Assembly: GCA_016870575.1 (NCBI GenBank)
Contig: VGBH01000001.1
Span: forward strand, 27,083 to 91,082
Direction: 5' to 3'
DNA: 64,000 bases
From: Actinomycetota bacterium
GTDB lineage: Bacteria; Actinomycetota; Actinomycetes; S36-B12; UBA5976
Part shown: one piece after another, positions 30,405-39,963 of the stretch
How the letters are laid out: each line of letters begins with the position of its first letter
Position numbering within the stretch: the stretch's first letter is position 1
Notes under the pieces: generated by a model
Seen by the model: only the letters and a program-made list of their open reading frames with translations
Told to the model about the DNA's origin: nothing
Databases searched by the model: none
Translations under genes and position numbers: made by a program

Positions 30405-31214
30405 ATGGTTGCGAGATTGCTGCTGCTGCACGCTCACCCAGATGATGAAGCCATTACTACTGGTGGCCTTATTCATTCCGCAATATTTCAAGGTGCGCAA
30501 GTAATGGTGGTTACCGCTACCGCAGGCGAATGTGGCGAGGTGCTTAACTCTCAAACCCCAATTAGTGCGGGCGCACTCGCTAAATTAAGATCATCAGAGC
30601 TCGCACAATCCTTAATTGAATTAGGGCGACCGCAACACAGATGGCTGGGAGGATTTGGTAAACACCTTGACTCTGGCATGAAGGGTGATTCTAGAAATGA
30701 CAATCCTAGAGCACTAATAAATCAAGATTTAAATGTTTTAACGAAGGATTTAATTGAGATTTTTAATGAGTTTCAACCTGATTTGATTGTTACCTATGAA
30801 CCTGGTGGTGGTTATGGACATCCAGATCACATAAAGTGTAATCAAATTGTATTGGCTGCATTAGAAGAAACTAAATTAAGTATCCCACTTTTATATCCAG
30901 TTTTTCCGCAATCAGAAAGTGCTAAATTGGCTGAGTTAGCGAGCAGTGGAACAGCATTTTTTGGGGAAGTTGATTTGACCAAAATGAGTTTCATTGTGAC
31001 TGATGATGAAATAGATTTCATTGTTCCAGCTACAGCAGCAAAATTGTCAGCTCTACTTTGTTATCGAAGTCAAATAGATCCAGCCGGAAGCTTTTATCTA
31101 CGACCAGCAAATTTTGATCTAAGCGGAATTGAGTTAGAGTATTTCAAAATTGCATCAGGTAGGCAGTGCTATCAAGTGTTTGATCGTACAAATCCACTTT
31201 TCGGATTAGAGTAA
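30405..31214 (+). CDS. mshB: N-acetyl-1-D-myo-inositol-2-amino-2-deoxy-alpha-D-glucopyranoside deacetylase (PIG-L/LmbE family)
   Basis: 269 aa with HAHPDDE and YEPGGGYGHPDH motifs. From memory it is colinear with mycobacterial MshB. Confidence 0.75.
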   Translation: MVARLLLLHAHPDDEAITTGGLIHSAIFQGAQVMVVTATAGECGEVLNSQTPISAGALAKLRSSELAQSLIELGRPQHRWLGGFGKHLDSGMKGDSRNDNPRALINQDLNVLTKDLIEIFNEFQPDLIVTYEPGGGYGHPDHIKCNQIVLAALEETKLSIPLLYPVFPQSESAKLAELASSGTAFFGEVDLTKMSFIVTDDEIDFIVPATAAKLSALLCYRSQIDPAGSFYLRPANFDLSGIELEYFKIASGRQCYQVFDRTNPLFGLE

Positions 31215-31218
31215 TCCT

Positions 31219-31593
31219 ATGAACAAATTGGACTGGCCACTCTCCTTATCACTTGCCCTTGCTGTTAGTGCAGTTTCAGTATTGCTAAGTTCATTGGTTT
31301 ATCGTGACATCCCGATAGGCTCAATTGTTGCAGCTGCTTTAATTATTCTGACTACTAGATACATTAGAGTCAAACAGAAATCATTTTGGCAATCAACTTT
31401 AGTAATAATTATCTGGGGTTTGATTACCTATCGAGCCGCCACACCAACTGCTGTCGGAGACTTAATCTTGATAGGGGACAAATTAACTTATTGGTATATC
31501 GGAATTACTGGTATTGCTGCGCTAATGTCGTTAGTTCTGCCCACTAGATCTTTGGCGGCAGAATCGCACGACGAAGCATCGTTCCCGAACTAG
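31219..31593 (+). CDS. small integral membrane protein
   Basis: 124 aa with 4 hydrophobic segments. Its 3' end overlaps cysS convergently by 50 nt. Confidence 0.45.
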   Translation: MNKLDWPLSLSLALAVSAVSVLLSSLVYRDIPIGSIVAAALIILTTRYIRVKQKSFWQSTLVIIIWGLITYRAATPTAVGDLILIGDKLTYWYIGITGIAALMSLVLPTRSLAAESHDEASFPN

Positions 31594-32935
31594 CATCATT
31601 TACTTCATAACCCATCGATATAAGTTGATCACGCAAAGAATCACTTTGTTGCCAATCACGTTCTAACCGAGCTTGGTCTCGCGCTTGCACTAGTCGTTTT
31701 GCATCTTCGGATATCGCCACAGGTTCGATAGCTAAATTTATTTTTAGTAAGTCCGTACCAGTTGCAATTACGTCTGCACGTGCAGATGGTGATTTTGCCA
31801 GTTCTTTTTCAGCAGATCTTATAGATATCACAGCATCTGCTGTGTTTAAATTATTTAACAATTGAGCAGATATTTTTGATTTGAGTTCTTGGTTAATTGC
31901 TTTAGCTCCATCAACTAAATCACTCCATCTGCGAATCGTTTGCTCAGCGGCAACTAAAGTTTCCCAGGTTAGATTTAACTGGGAGCGATAATGGTTTTCT
32001 AGAAAAACTAGTCGCACTGCTGCTGGCGAGATACCTGCTGAAACTACATCCGATAAGAGCACCACATTGTTTGTGCTCTTTGACATTTTTCTGCCTTCAA
32101 ATAGTAAATGTTCAGCATGTACCCATGCATTAACTACTTCTTTACCTGAAACACAATTTGATTGTGCACGTTCGTTTTCATGATGTGGAAATCGCAGATC
32201 AATTCCACCAGTATGGATGTCAATCTGGTCACCAAATGCTGACAAAGACATTGCCGTGCATTCAATATGCCAACCGGGAAAACCTTGGCCCCAAGGAGTG
32301 TCCCAAGTGAGTTGTGTTCTGCGCTGATCAGAGATTTTCCATAGCGCCCAATCACCATGAAATCTTTTGTTGGAGTCAATCTCACCCTCAAACCGGTGTC
32401 CAGGCTTAAGTTGATCAAGAGTGTTCCCACTAATAGCGCCATAACTGGGGAATTTTTGTGCACTGAAAAATACTGAACCATCATCACCTTGATATGCAAA
32501 ATCAAGATAAATGAGTTTTTCTATAACTGCAATCATTTCATTAATAGTTTCGCTAGCGCGCGGAGTTTGGTCTGGCAATTGAACATTTAGTGCAGATAAA
32601 TCCGCTAAGTACTTAGATTCATACTTGCGAGCAATATCCAACGCAGAGACTTTCTCAGCGGCTGCTTGCTGCAACATTTTGTCTTGATTGGGATCAACAG
32701 ATTCAATGCCAGTGTCATCAACCATATGACCAACATCAGTTATATTTTGCACAACAAAAGAATCAATGCCAGCACTACTTAAAGCAGTTCTGAGCAAGTC
32801 TGGTAGTAAGAAACTGCGCAAGTTACCCAAGTGCACATCTCGATAGACTGTGGGGCCGCAGGCATATATTTTTACTGGAGTTTTAGTCGAAATAACCGCT
32901 AAATCCCGAGATTTGGTGTCATATATCTGCAGCAT
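31544..32935 (-). CDS. cysS: cysteine--tRNA ligase
   Basis: 463 aa with the class-I motifs HLGN and KMSKS, and Zn ligands in ACGPT, HIECTAM and HTGG...[10 protein letters not shown]. The CysRS-type C-terminal domain is present. Confidence 0.85.
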   Translation of the reverse strand: MLQIYDTKSRDLAVISTKTPVKIYACGPTVYRDVHLGNLRSFLLPDLLRTALSSAGIDSFVVQNITDVGHMVDDTGIESVDPNQDKMLQQAAAEKVSALDIARKYESKYLADLSALNVQLPDQTPRASETINEMIAVIEKLIYLDFAYQGDDGSVFFSAQKFPSYGAISGNTLDQLKPGHRFEGEIDSNKRFHGDWALWKISDQRRTQLTWDTPWGQGFPGWHIECTAMSLSAFGDQIDIHTGGIDLRFPHHENERAQSNCVSGKEVVNAWVHAEHLLFEGRKMSKSTNNVVLLSDVVSAGISPAAVRLVFLENHYRSQLNLTWETLVAAEQTIRRWSDLVDGAKAINQELKSKISAQLLNNLNTADAVISIRSAEKELAKSPSARADVIATGTDLLKINLAIEPVAISEDAKRLVQARDQARLERDWQQSDSLRDQLISMGYEVNDASSGTMLRRAILPPKI

Positions 32936-33029
32936 TGGTTAAGCCTATGAGCAAATGCTCAGTAGTGCTGCATTTGCATCTAAAGATAGAGGCGATAATC
33001 TGCGCCCTAGTTAACTTAGGAGCGACACA

Positions 33030-33350
33030 ATGACTTATGTAATTACGGAAGCCTGTATTGATACTCAGGACAGGTCGTGCATTGAAGAGTGCCCAGTTGA
33101 CTGTATTTATGAGGGCGATCGGATGCTGTACATCCATCCAGATGAGTGTGTGGATTGTGGTGCCTGCGAGCCAGTGTGCCCTGTTGAAGCAATTTTCTAT
33201 GAAGATGATGTGCCAGCAGAATTAGCAAACTACACCCAATACAACCGAGATTTCTTCAATGAAATCGGATCCCCTGGTGGAGCAAGCAAAGTTGGTCGGG
33301 TTGGCAAAGATGTAGATGTGGTTGCGGCAAAACCTCCGAAAGCTAGTTAG
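33030..33350 (+). CDS. fdxA: 7Fe ferredoxin (FdxA type)
   Basis: 106 aa with the pattern CIDTQDRSCIEECPVDCIYEG...CVDCGACEPVCP. Confidence 0.9.
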   Translation: MTYVITEACIDTQDRSCIEECPVDCIYEGDRMLYIHPDECVDCGACEPVCPVEAIFYEDDVPAELANYTQYNRDFFNEIGSPGGASKVGRVGKDVDVVAAKPPKAS

Positions 33351-33353
33351 TTC

Positions 33354-34436
33354 TTGCTTGCAAGTAATCTGCCAGATGTCCCATGGGACTTATTGCAACC
33401 TGCAGCTGACCTAGCAGCCGCTCATCCTGATGGAAAAATAGATTTGTCTATTGGTACACCGGTTGATTCAGTTGCACAGGTAATTCAATCTGCTGCAGCT
33501 GCTGCACTGAATGCGCCAGGTTACCCATTAACTGCCGGCAGTAAAGAATTAGTTTGTGCTCAAGAAACTTGGTTAGCAAAAGTTGCTGGTGCTGATGTCT
33601 CACAATTGAGCACAATTCCTTCTGTTGGATCAAAAGAAGCGGTTGCACTATTACCGTTTCTGCTGGGTTTAGACGCAAGCAGCACAGTTGCAATTCCAAC
33701 TTTGGCGTATCCAAGTTATGCTGTAGGTGCACAAGCCGTAAAAGCTAAAGTAGTTTTAGCAGATTTACCAAATCAGTTAGCCGAGAAAGTTGATTTAGTT
33801 TGGTTAAATTCACCGGCTAATCCATCAGGTAAAGTTTTAACGAAATCAGAATTAACCTCGTGGATTGAGTTTTCTCGAGATACCAACACGCTGATTGCAA
33901 GTGATGAGTGCTATTTAACTTTGGGATGGGAGGTAAAGCCCACTTCAATTCTGACAACTGAACTAACAAATGGAAGGTATCAGAATTTAATTGCTTTGCA
34001 TTCACTATCCAAACGCTCATCACTAGCTGGTTATCGTGCAGCGGCTATATCTGGAGATAAAACAATAATTGCTGCTTTATTGCAAGCTCGAAAACATTTA
34101 GGTTTATTGATGCCAACACCTTCGCAGGCTGCAGCAACTGCGGCTTGGCTTGATGAAGGACATGCCCTAGCGCAACGAGAGGTTTATTTGCAGAGACGAC
34201 AAGTTATGCAAAATGCATTTACTAGTGCAGGATTTCGTATTGAGGAGTCAGGTGCTGGCCTATACCTGTGGCTCACCCGCGATGAAGACTGTTGGCAAAG
34301 TGTGAACTGGTTAGCTGAACGGGGAGTGCTTGTTGCACCTGGATCTTTTTATGGAACTGCTGGCAATAGTTTCATTAGAGCTGCACTTACTGAAACAGAT
34401 GAGCGTATTGCCAAACTGGCAAATCGATTAGTGTAA
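33354..34436 (+). CDS. dapC: succinyldiaminopimelate aminotransferase-type class I aminotransferase
   Basis: 360 aa with a PLP-lysine region (HSLSKRSSLAGYR). The fdx-dapC-dapD neighbourhood is conserved in actinobacteria. Confidence 0.75.
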   Translation: MLASNLPDVPWDLLQPAADLAAAHPDGKIDLSIGTPVDSVAQVIQSAAAAALNAPGYPLTAGSKELVCAQETWLAKVAGADVSQLSTIPSVGSKEAVALLPFLLGLDASSTVAIPTLAYPSYAVGAQAVKAKVVLADLPNQLAEKVDLVWLNSPANPSGKVLTKSELTSWIEFSRDTNTLIASDECYLTLGWEVKPTSILTTELTNGRYQNLIALHSLSKRSSLAGYRAAAISGDKTIIAALLQARKHLGLLMPTPSQAAATAAWLDEGHALAQREVYLQRRQVMQNAFTSAGFRIEESGAGLYLWLTRDEDCWQSVNWLAERGVLVAPGSFYGTAGNSFIRAALTETDERIAKLANRLV

Positions 34437-35336
34437 AGATTGATTTAATCCGCTCCAGTTACCCGATTTTGCAATAGCTTCAATCGCACCGGTTTGACTA
34501 TTTCTTCGATACAACAAATCTGATTCTCCAGAGAGTGCTGTTGCTTTAACAATCTTTCCATCAGGTAGTAGCACTTTGCTACCAGCTGTTAAATACAAAC
34601 CTGCTTCAATAATACAGTTGTTACCAAGTGAAATACCAACTCCTGCATTAGCACCGACTAAACAGTTTTCACCTATTCGGATAACTTCTTTGCCACCACC
34701 AGATAATGTGCCCATAATTGATGCGCCACCACCAATATCACTTCCAGCACCAACTGTTACACCTGCACTTATTCGACCTTCAACCATAGATTTTCCAAGC
34801 GTGCCCGCATTAAAGTTCACAAATCCTTCATGCATGACTACCGTACCTTCAGCAAGGTACGCGCCTAATCGAACTCGATCACCATCAGCAATCCGAACTC
34901 CACTTGGCACTACATAATCAATCATTCTAGGAAAACGATCAACACCTAAAATTGTGCTTGCAGTTCCGCTAGTGCGCTGTTGCTGCAGAAAAGTTGAGGC
35001 GTGTTCTACCGGGATGGGACCGTTAGTGGTCCAGGCAACATTGGCTAATAAACCAAAGATGCCAGCTAAATTTATGCTGTGTGGAGTAACTAATCTGTGC
35101 GAAAGCAGGTGTAATCGAAGATATACATCCAATGCGTCAGTTGGAGTTGCCGATAAGTCCTCGATGCTAACTGTTACAACGCGCTTAGTTACAAATTCAC
35201 TGGCATTATTAGGTTCTGAAATCTCAGTTGCTGCTGGCTTTTGAGCTAGTTGGGGAGTTGGAAAAAAGACATCCAGCACACTGTCACCAGCAAATGTGGC
35301 AACACCAATGGCTGCAGCGCTTAGTTTGTTTTCCAT
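34428..35336 (-). CDS. dapD: 2,3,4,5-tetrahydropyridine-2,6-dicarboxylate N-succinyltransferase
   Basis: It has hexapeptide repeats and a DapD N-terminal domain. The start was set at ATG 35336 (MENKLSAAA...). The longest ORF, from 35423, would overlap the divergent LOG gene. Confidence 0.85.
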   Translation of the reverse strand: MENKLSAAAIGVATFAGDSVLDVFFPTPQLAQKPAATEISEPNNASEFVTKRVVTVSIEDLSATPTDALDVYLRLHLLSHRLVTPHSINLAGIFGLLANVAWTTNGPIPVEHASTFLQQQRTSGTASTILGVDRFPRMIDYVVPSGVRIADGDRVRLGAYLAEGTVVMHEGFVNFNAGTLGKSMVEGRISAGVTVGAGSDIGGGASIMGTLSGGGKEVIRIGENCLVGANAGVGISLGNNCIIEAGLYLTAGSKVLLPDGKIVKATALSGESDLLYRRNSQTGAIEAIAKSGNWSGLNQSLH

Positions 35337-35352
35337 ACCCTTACCGTAAGGG
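35337..35352. promoter_or_regulatory. 16-nt near-palindromic divergent intergenic region with overlapping -10-like hexamers
   Basis: The sequence is ACCCTTACCGTAAGGG. The plus strand has TACCGT (35342-35347) 5 nt before the ATG at 35353. The minus strand has TACGGT (35348-35343) 6 nt before the ATG at 35336. Confidence 0.35.
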
Positions 35353-35970
35353 ATGGCAAGAAGTGAAGGACTTATGACCGCAGTATGTGTGTTTTGTGCC
35401 GCTAACCAACAAATCGACCCCATTCATATTGAGCATGCATTTGATGTTGGCGTGGCCATCGCAAGACGGGGTTGGCGGTTAGTCTCCGGCGGCGGATCTC
35501 TTTCTTCAATGGGAGCTGTCACTAAAGGTGCTCGCAGCGTTGGTGGCGAAACAATTGGAGTTGTACCTGAAGTGTTATTTGAGCGAGAAGTTGCAGATCA
35601 TGAATCAACTGAATTAATTTCAGTGCCAGATATGCGAACCAGAAAAGCTACAATGGAGAATTTGTCTGATGCATTTATCATCTTGCCAGGCGGGATTGGC
35701 ACTTTGGAAGAATTTTTTGAAATCTGGGTTGCAAAGTCATTGGGGATACACCATAAACCAATAGTTGTGTTAGACCCAGATGCGATGTATGAACAAATGC
35801 GAAATTGGCTAACTGAGATAACTTCAGCTGGATTTGTAACTTATGAAGCAACATCATGTATTCATTGGGCAACTGAAATAGAACAAGCTTTAGATTTAAT
35901 AGAAGTTGAACTGGCTAATCCATATGATGCAGTTGCAACTGATGCAGATATTGCTGAATCGGAGATTTAA
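35353..35970 (+). CDS. LOG-family nucleotide 5'-monophosphate nucleosidase (TIGR00730 type)
   Basis: It has PGGIGTLEE and GGGSLSSMG motifs. An alternative ATG lies at 35374. Confidence 0.85.
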   Translation: MARSEGLMTAVCVFCAANQQIDPIHIEHAFDVGVAIARRGWRLVSGGGSLSSMGAVTKGARSVGGETIGVVPEVLFEREVADHESTELISVPDMRTRKATMENLSDAFIILPGGIGTLEEFFEIWVAKSLGIHHKPIVVLDPDAMYEQMRNWLTEITSAGFVTYEATSCIHWATEIEQALDLIEVELANPYDAVATDADIAESEI

Positions 35971-36408
35971 ATGCGCACTAGAGATGTTAAGTTAAAAGTT
36001 ATGCTGCCAACTGATATCGATTCAGCTTATGCAGCTATCACTAATTGGAGTAAGCAATCAGATTGGATGCTAAGTACAAGAGTTTGGCTTTCCGCTGGCG
36101 ATGGCAAAACAGTCGGATCGGAGATAGCTGCTTTCACTGGTGTTTGGAAATTGGGCTTTTTGGATACGATGACAATCACCAAACTTGCGCCTCCAGCACT
36201 TGTTGAGGTGCTGCATACTGGAAAAATGCTCCGCGGAGAAGGTAAGTTTGCGTTGACCCAAGTATCAGTCAACCAAACTCAGTTTGATTGGTTTGAGCGA
36301 GTAGAAATCCCCTTTGGCTATCTTGGACTTGCCGTTTGGTGGCTGATTCGTCCGGGCTTCACCTTGGGAGTGTGGTATTCGCTGCGGAAGTTAGCAAAAA
36401 CCCTCTAG
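35971..36408 (+). CDS. SRPBCC (polyketide cyclase/dehydrase-like) family protein
   Basis: 145 aa. The call rests on size and hydrophobic-pocket pattern only, so the family assignment is weak. Confidence 0.5.
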   Translation: MRTRDVKLKVMLPTDIDSAYAAITNWSKQSDWMLSTRVWLSAGDGKTVGSEIAAFTGVWKLGFLDTMTITKLAPPALVEVLHTGKMLRGEGKFALTQVSVNQTQFDWFERVEIPFGYLGLAVWWLIRPGFTLGVWYSLRKLAKTL

Positions 36409-36498
36409 TTGGGGACTGATCGCCCTTAGTCAAGCCTGCTGCGAGATAATAAGGCACTTGTTCAGTGTATTTCAGGCTGACTCAGAGAGGTGGGACCT

Positions 36499-36675
36499 AT
36501 GGCGGCGCAAAAGCCAAGAACTGGCGAGGGTCCAATGGAATGCGTTCAAGAAGCGCGCCATTTTGTGGTTCGCATCCCAGCAGAAGGTGGCGGTCGAGTT
36601 GTGATTGCTCTAAATGCTGCTGAAGTTAAAGAGCTAAGCGAAATTTTGATTGCCGCTCTTGCACCTAAAGCCTAG
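36499..36675 (+). CDS. DUF3117 small conserved actinobacterial protein
   Basis: MAAQKPRTGEGPMECVQEARHFVVRIPAEGGGRVVIALNAAE... matches the DUF3117 pattern as I remember it. GAGAGG lies 8 nt before the ATG at 36499. Confidence 0.7.
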   Translation: MAAQKPRTGEGPMECVQEARHFVVRIPAEGGGRVVIALNAAEVKELSEILIAALAPKA

Positions 36676-37297
36676 TTGCAACAACTAAACCTAGGCCAAG
36701 CGGAACTAACGCGGCTGCGAACTCATCATTTTCACCAATCAAGCCCGCTAATTCATTTGCAGCGGTGTCGGTACCGATTAAAGCGCCATTCAGCACCAAT
36801 ATCCCACCCTGCATAAGCAATCTGGCTGCATCATCAAGCAGCGCTGGGGCATCAAATTGAGAAATATCTACAAAGATAAAGTCATAGCCGGCATCGGTTA
36901 GCTTAGGTAACACCTGATTTGCTCTGCCTGCCAATAATCGCAACCTTGGAGCTGCTAAATCCAGATCGTGCAGTATTTCTTTTGCTGTTTGCTGATACTC
37001 CGACTCTAGGTCAATTGAAGTAATTGTTCCTGCCTCACCAAGCCCAAGTGAAAGCCAACCTGCACTAACTCCAACGCCAGTGCCAACATCAATAATATGC
37101 TTGGCTTTAATTGCGCAAACCAGAGTGCGTAACAAATTACCAACCCCAGCAGAAATTGCAGTTGCACCAAGTTCAGCGGCAACTTCTCGCGCAGAGGTTA
37201 GGGCAGCTGGTTCATCTGCAAAGTTTTCAATCTTTAGTTTCACAGGATTTTCTGAACTGCGGAAGAAATCATCTTCCCCGGAGGTCCGGTCGGCCAT
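36665..37297 (-). CDS. class I SAM-dependent O-methyltransferase (family 3)
   Basis: It has the SAM motif IDVGTGVGVS. The start at ATG 37297 is preceded by the strong Shine-Dalgarno AAGGAGGG. The 306-aa longest ORF is an artefactual extension. Confidence 0.8.
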   Translation of the reverse strand: MADRTSGEDDFFRSSENPVKLKIENFADEPAALTSAREVAAELGATAISAGVGNLLRTLVCAIKAKHIIDVGTGVGVSAGWLSLGLGEAGTITSIDLESEYQQTAKEILHDLDLAAPRLRLLAGRANQVLPKLTDAGYDFIFVDISQFDAPALLDDAARLLMQGGILVLNGALIGTDTAANELAGLIGENDEFAAALVPLGLGLVVATRL

Positions 37298-37376
37298 AGT
37301 CCCTCCTTGGGGCGGCTTGAGCAGGTGAGATCTCCCACCTAATGGAAAGATACTCGACAAGATTAGCGGAGGAAAG

Positions 37377-38519
37377 ATGAGTACAGATCTGCGCTCGCCC
37401 TGGCTCAGAGAAGAGTCAGTGCTACCACCGTTGTATCTAAATGCCACCCCAACTGCGCCAGCTAAATCACAACCCGGCAGACGCATAGTGGTTATCGCTC
37501 TGTTAGCCGGTTTGTTAGGCGGAGTCATAGGCAGTGTTGGCAGTGATTTGTTAGATGGAAATCCAGGGATGTCAAATACCGTCACATTACCTACATTTGT
37601 AACTGAAGACCAAGTGATTAATCAAGATTCCGTTGCAGCTATTGCGCAAACTGTTTTACCTGCGGTTGTTTCGCTTGAAGTTACTGGTGATGTGAGTGCA
37701 TCAGGTTCAGGATTTGTAATTGATTCTTCAGGATACATTCTTACAAATAACCACGTGATTGCACCAGCAGCAAATGGTGGTGAAGTTAAAGTTTATTTTC
37801 AAGATGGCACAAATTATGATGGAAAAGTAGTTGGTCGAAATTCAGGTTTTGATTTAGCAGTAATTAAGATTAACGCGCAGAATTTACCAACATTGCCACT
37901 TGGTGATTCTGACAAAGTAGTGGTTGGCGAGCAAGTAATTGCAATTGGTGCTCCACTTGGCCTAACTGGCACAGTGACATCTGGAATCATCTCGGCATTT
38001 AATCGACCAGTTACCGCAGGTGGCTCGGGTGATACGGCATTCATTAATGCAATTCAAACTGATGCTGCCATTAATCCTGGAAATTCGGGAGGCCCATTAG
38101 TAGATAGCAATGGCTTTGCAATTGGAGTAAACAGTGCAATTGCAACTTTAGGAGTAGCGTCATCTGGATCAATTGGATTAGGTTTCGCGATTCCAATAAA
38201 TGCTGCGCGAAGAATTGCACAAGAAATCATTCAAACTGGAACGAGTTCAACTCCAATTCTGGGGGTAATGGTGGATATGAGCTACGACGGACCAGGCGCA
38301 TTGCTTACTGATGTAACGCCAGGTGGTCCTGCTGACCTGGCTGGCATTGTTGCTGGCGATTTAGTACTGAGCATTAATGGTCGAACGATTAATGGGTCAA
38401 CTGAATTGGTGGTTGCGATTAGAGCAAATGCACCAGGAGAGATAATTGAATTACGAATTCAGAAACCAAATGGACAGCAACGTACGGTTAATGCAACGTT
38501 ATCGAAACAGGTGAATTAA
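37377..38519 (+). CDS. htrA: HtrA/DegP-family trypsin-like serine protease with C-terminal PDZ domain
   Basis: 380 aa with a transmembrane anchor, catalytic motifs TNNHV, DLAV and GNSGGPL, and a PDZ domain. A GGAGG Shine-Dalgarno is present. Confidence 0.9.
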   Translation: MSTDLRSPWLREESVLPPLYLNATPTAPAKSQPGRRIVVIALLAGLLGGVIGSVGSDLLDGNPGMSNTVTLPTFVTEDQVINQDSVAAIAQTVLPAVVSLEVTGDVSASGSGFVIDSSGYILTNNHVIAPAANGGEVKVYFQDGTNYDGKVVGRNSGFDLAVIKINAQNLPTLPLGDSDKVVVGEQVIAIGAPLGLTGTVTSGIISAFNRPVTAGGSGDTAFINAIQTDAAINPGNSGGPLVDSNGFAIGVNSAIATLGVASSGSIGLGFAIPINAARRIAQEIIQTGTSSTPILGVMVDMSYDGPGALLTDVTPGGPADLAGIVAGDLVLSINGRTINGSTELVVAIRANAPGEIIELRIQKPNGQQRTVNATLSKQVN

Positions 38520-38777
38520 ATGTTTGATATTGGACTTGGTGAAATGCTAGCTATCGCTGTTATTGGATTGCTAGTAATTGGTCCAGATCGACTTCCATAT
38601 TATGCTGCAAAAGCGGCTAGAGGAGCGCGTGACTTAAAGCGATATGTTGATAAGGCTCGAACGGAAATAAAAGAATCAGTTAATTTATCTGATTTGGGAT
38701 TGGAAGAAGTAAAAGAGATTTCAAGACTAACTGAATTAGATGATAAGAAAGGTCGTCGCACTGACGATATTACTTAG
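38520..38777 (+). CDS. tatB: Sec-independent protein translocase subunit TatB (TatA/B family)
   Basis: 85 aa with MFDIGLGEMLAIAVIGLLVIGPDRLP. Confidence 0.8.
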   Translation: MFDIGLGEMLAIAVIGLLVIGPDRLPYYAAKAARGARDLKRYVDKARTEIKESVNLSDLGLEEVKEISRLTELDDKKGRRTDDIT

Positions 38778-39898
38778 ATTGGCGAGACATTTAGTGGTTT
38801 ACCAACTAAACCTCTAGGGGTACTGGCTAAATGTTGAGCAATGTTGACAATAATTCTTGCACTTGGTGATTTTTCATCTGCCAACATTATTGGAACACCA
38901 TTGTCGCCAGCTTGACGTATTTTTGGATCAATTGGTATCTCGCCTAATACTGGAATCTTGGTATTTGTTTGCTCAGACAGCTGATTTGCAAGTTCTTTTC
39001 CAGCACCCATTCCAAAAATATCAATAATCTCATTGCAGTTTGGGCATAGCAAGCCACTTAAATTCTCTATCACGCCAATTACTCGCTGATTTAAGTGATG
39101 GGCTAAAACTCCTGCACGAACGGCAACTTCTGCTGCTGCAGCGTGACCGCTGGTAACTACAATAATTTCAGAACTAGGCACAAGATGTGCTGTTGAAATT
39201 GCTACATCACCGGTACCTGGTGGTAAATCAATTAGCAAGAAATCTAAATCGCCCCACCACACATCACATAAGAATTGGTCTAACATTTTGTGCAGCATCG
39301 GTCCCCTGAAAGCGACCGGCTCTGTCACTCCTCCTCGTTTAAAAGGCAAAGTTGAGATAACTTTGATGCCATAACCTTGTGGAGGCATCATCATTCCTTC
39401 AACCATAGTTGGTGAACCCTGGGCATTTAACAATCGCGGAATAGAATGGCCATAAATATCCGCATCAATCACACCAACGGTGCGACCTAATTTAGTTAGT
39501 GCAACGGCTAAATTGGCCGTAATGCTGGATTTACCAACGCCGCCTTTACCAGAAGCAATTCCAATTACTTTAGTCATTGAGTTTGGACTATTAAATGGGT
39601 TTTCCCGCTCAACACCACCTTTTAGTTGCTTCCTCAAATCTGCTCGCTCTTGGTCATTCATAACACTAAAAACAATTTCAGTACTCAATTCAGAATCCAA
39701 TTTAGAAATTGCGGTTTGAATTCTGGATGTGATCTCTTCCCTCATCGGGCAGCCAGCAACGGTGAGCTTGATATTGAGTTTGAGATTTTTCCCAGATAAA
39801 TCAACACCTGCAACCATGTTTAGTTCAGTCAGGGATCGATGTATCTCTGGATCTTGAACTTGGCTAAGTGCTGTTAAGACTTGATCAGTTGTGGGCAT
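38774..39898 (-). CDS. mrp: Mrp/ApbC-type Fe-S cluster carrier ATPase with N-terminal DUF59
   Basis: 374 aa with the deviant Walker A GKGGVGKSS and a CPNC motif. Confidence 0.9.
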   Translation of the reverse strand: MPTTDQVLTALSQVQDPEIHRSLTELNMVAGVDLSGKNLKLNIKLTVAGCPMREEITSRIQTAISKLDSELSTEIVFSVMNDQERADLRKQLKGGVERENPFNSPNSMTKVIGIASGKGGVGKSSITANLAVALTKLGRTVGVIDADIYGHSIPRLLNAQGSPTMVEGMMMPPQGYGIKVISTLPFKRGGVTEPVAFRGPMLHKMLDQFLCDVWWGDLDFLLIDLPPGTGDVAISTAHLVPSSEIIVVTSGHAAAAEVAVRAGVLAHHLNQRVIGVIENLSGLLCPNCNEIIDIFGMGAGKELANQLSEQTNTKIPVLGEIPIDPKIRQAGDNGVPIMLADEKSPSARIIVNIAQHLASTPRGLVGKPLNVSPI

Positions 39899-39963
39899 AG
39901 CGAAACTTTAGAGCAATTTTGAAATCTCGCGCACAGCAGACCGTATTTCCCTAGGCTAAGCCA

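Noticed and set aside
31544-32935. The CysRS-like gene next to mshB, considered as the mycothiol ligase MshC.
   Set aside because: It has [10 protein letters not shown] (CysRS type, where MshC has PHHEF...) and the full C-terminal anticodon-binding region at 463 aa. It is therefore called cysS.
36665-37585. The 306-aa long form of the O-methyltransferase. N-terminal extensions of the M23 peptidase (47187-47288), mca (18611-18694), dapD (35337-35423) and the MtnK-like kinase (51533-51595) are similar cases.
   Set aside because: The extensions overlap neighbouring genes, have no homology-like sequence, and have better internal starts with Shine-Dalgarno or -10 signals. An example is AAGGAGGG before ATG 37297.
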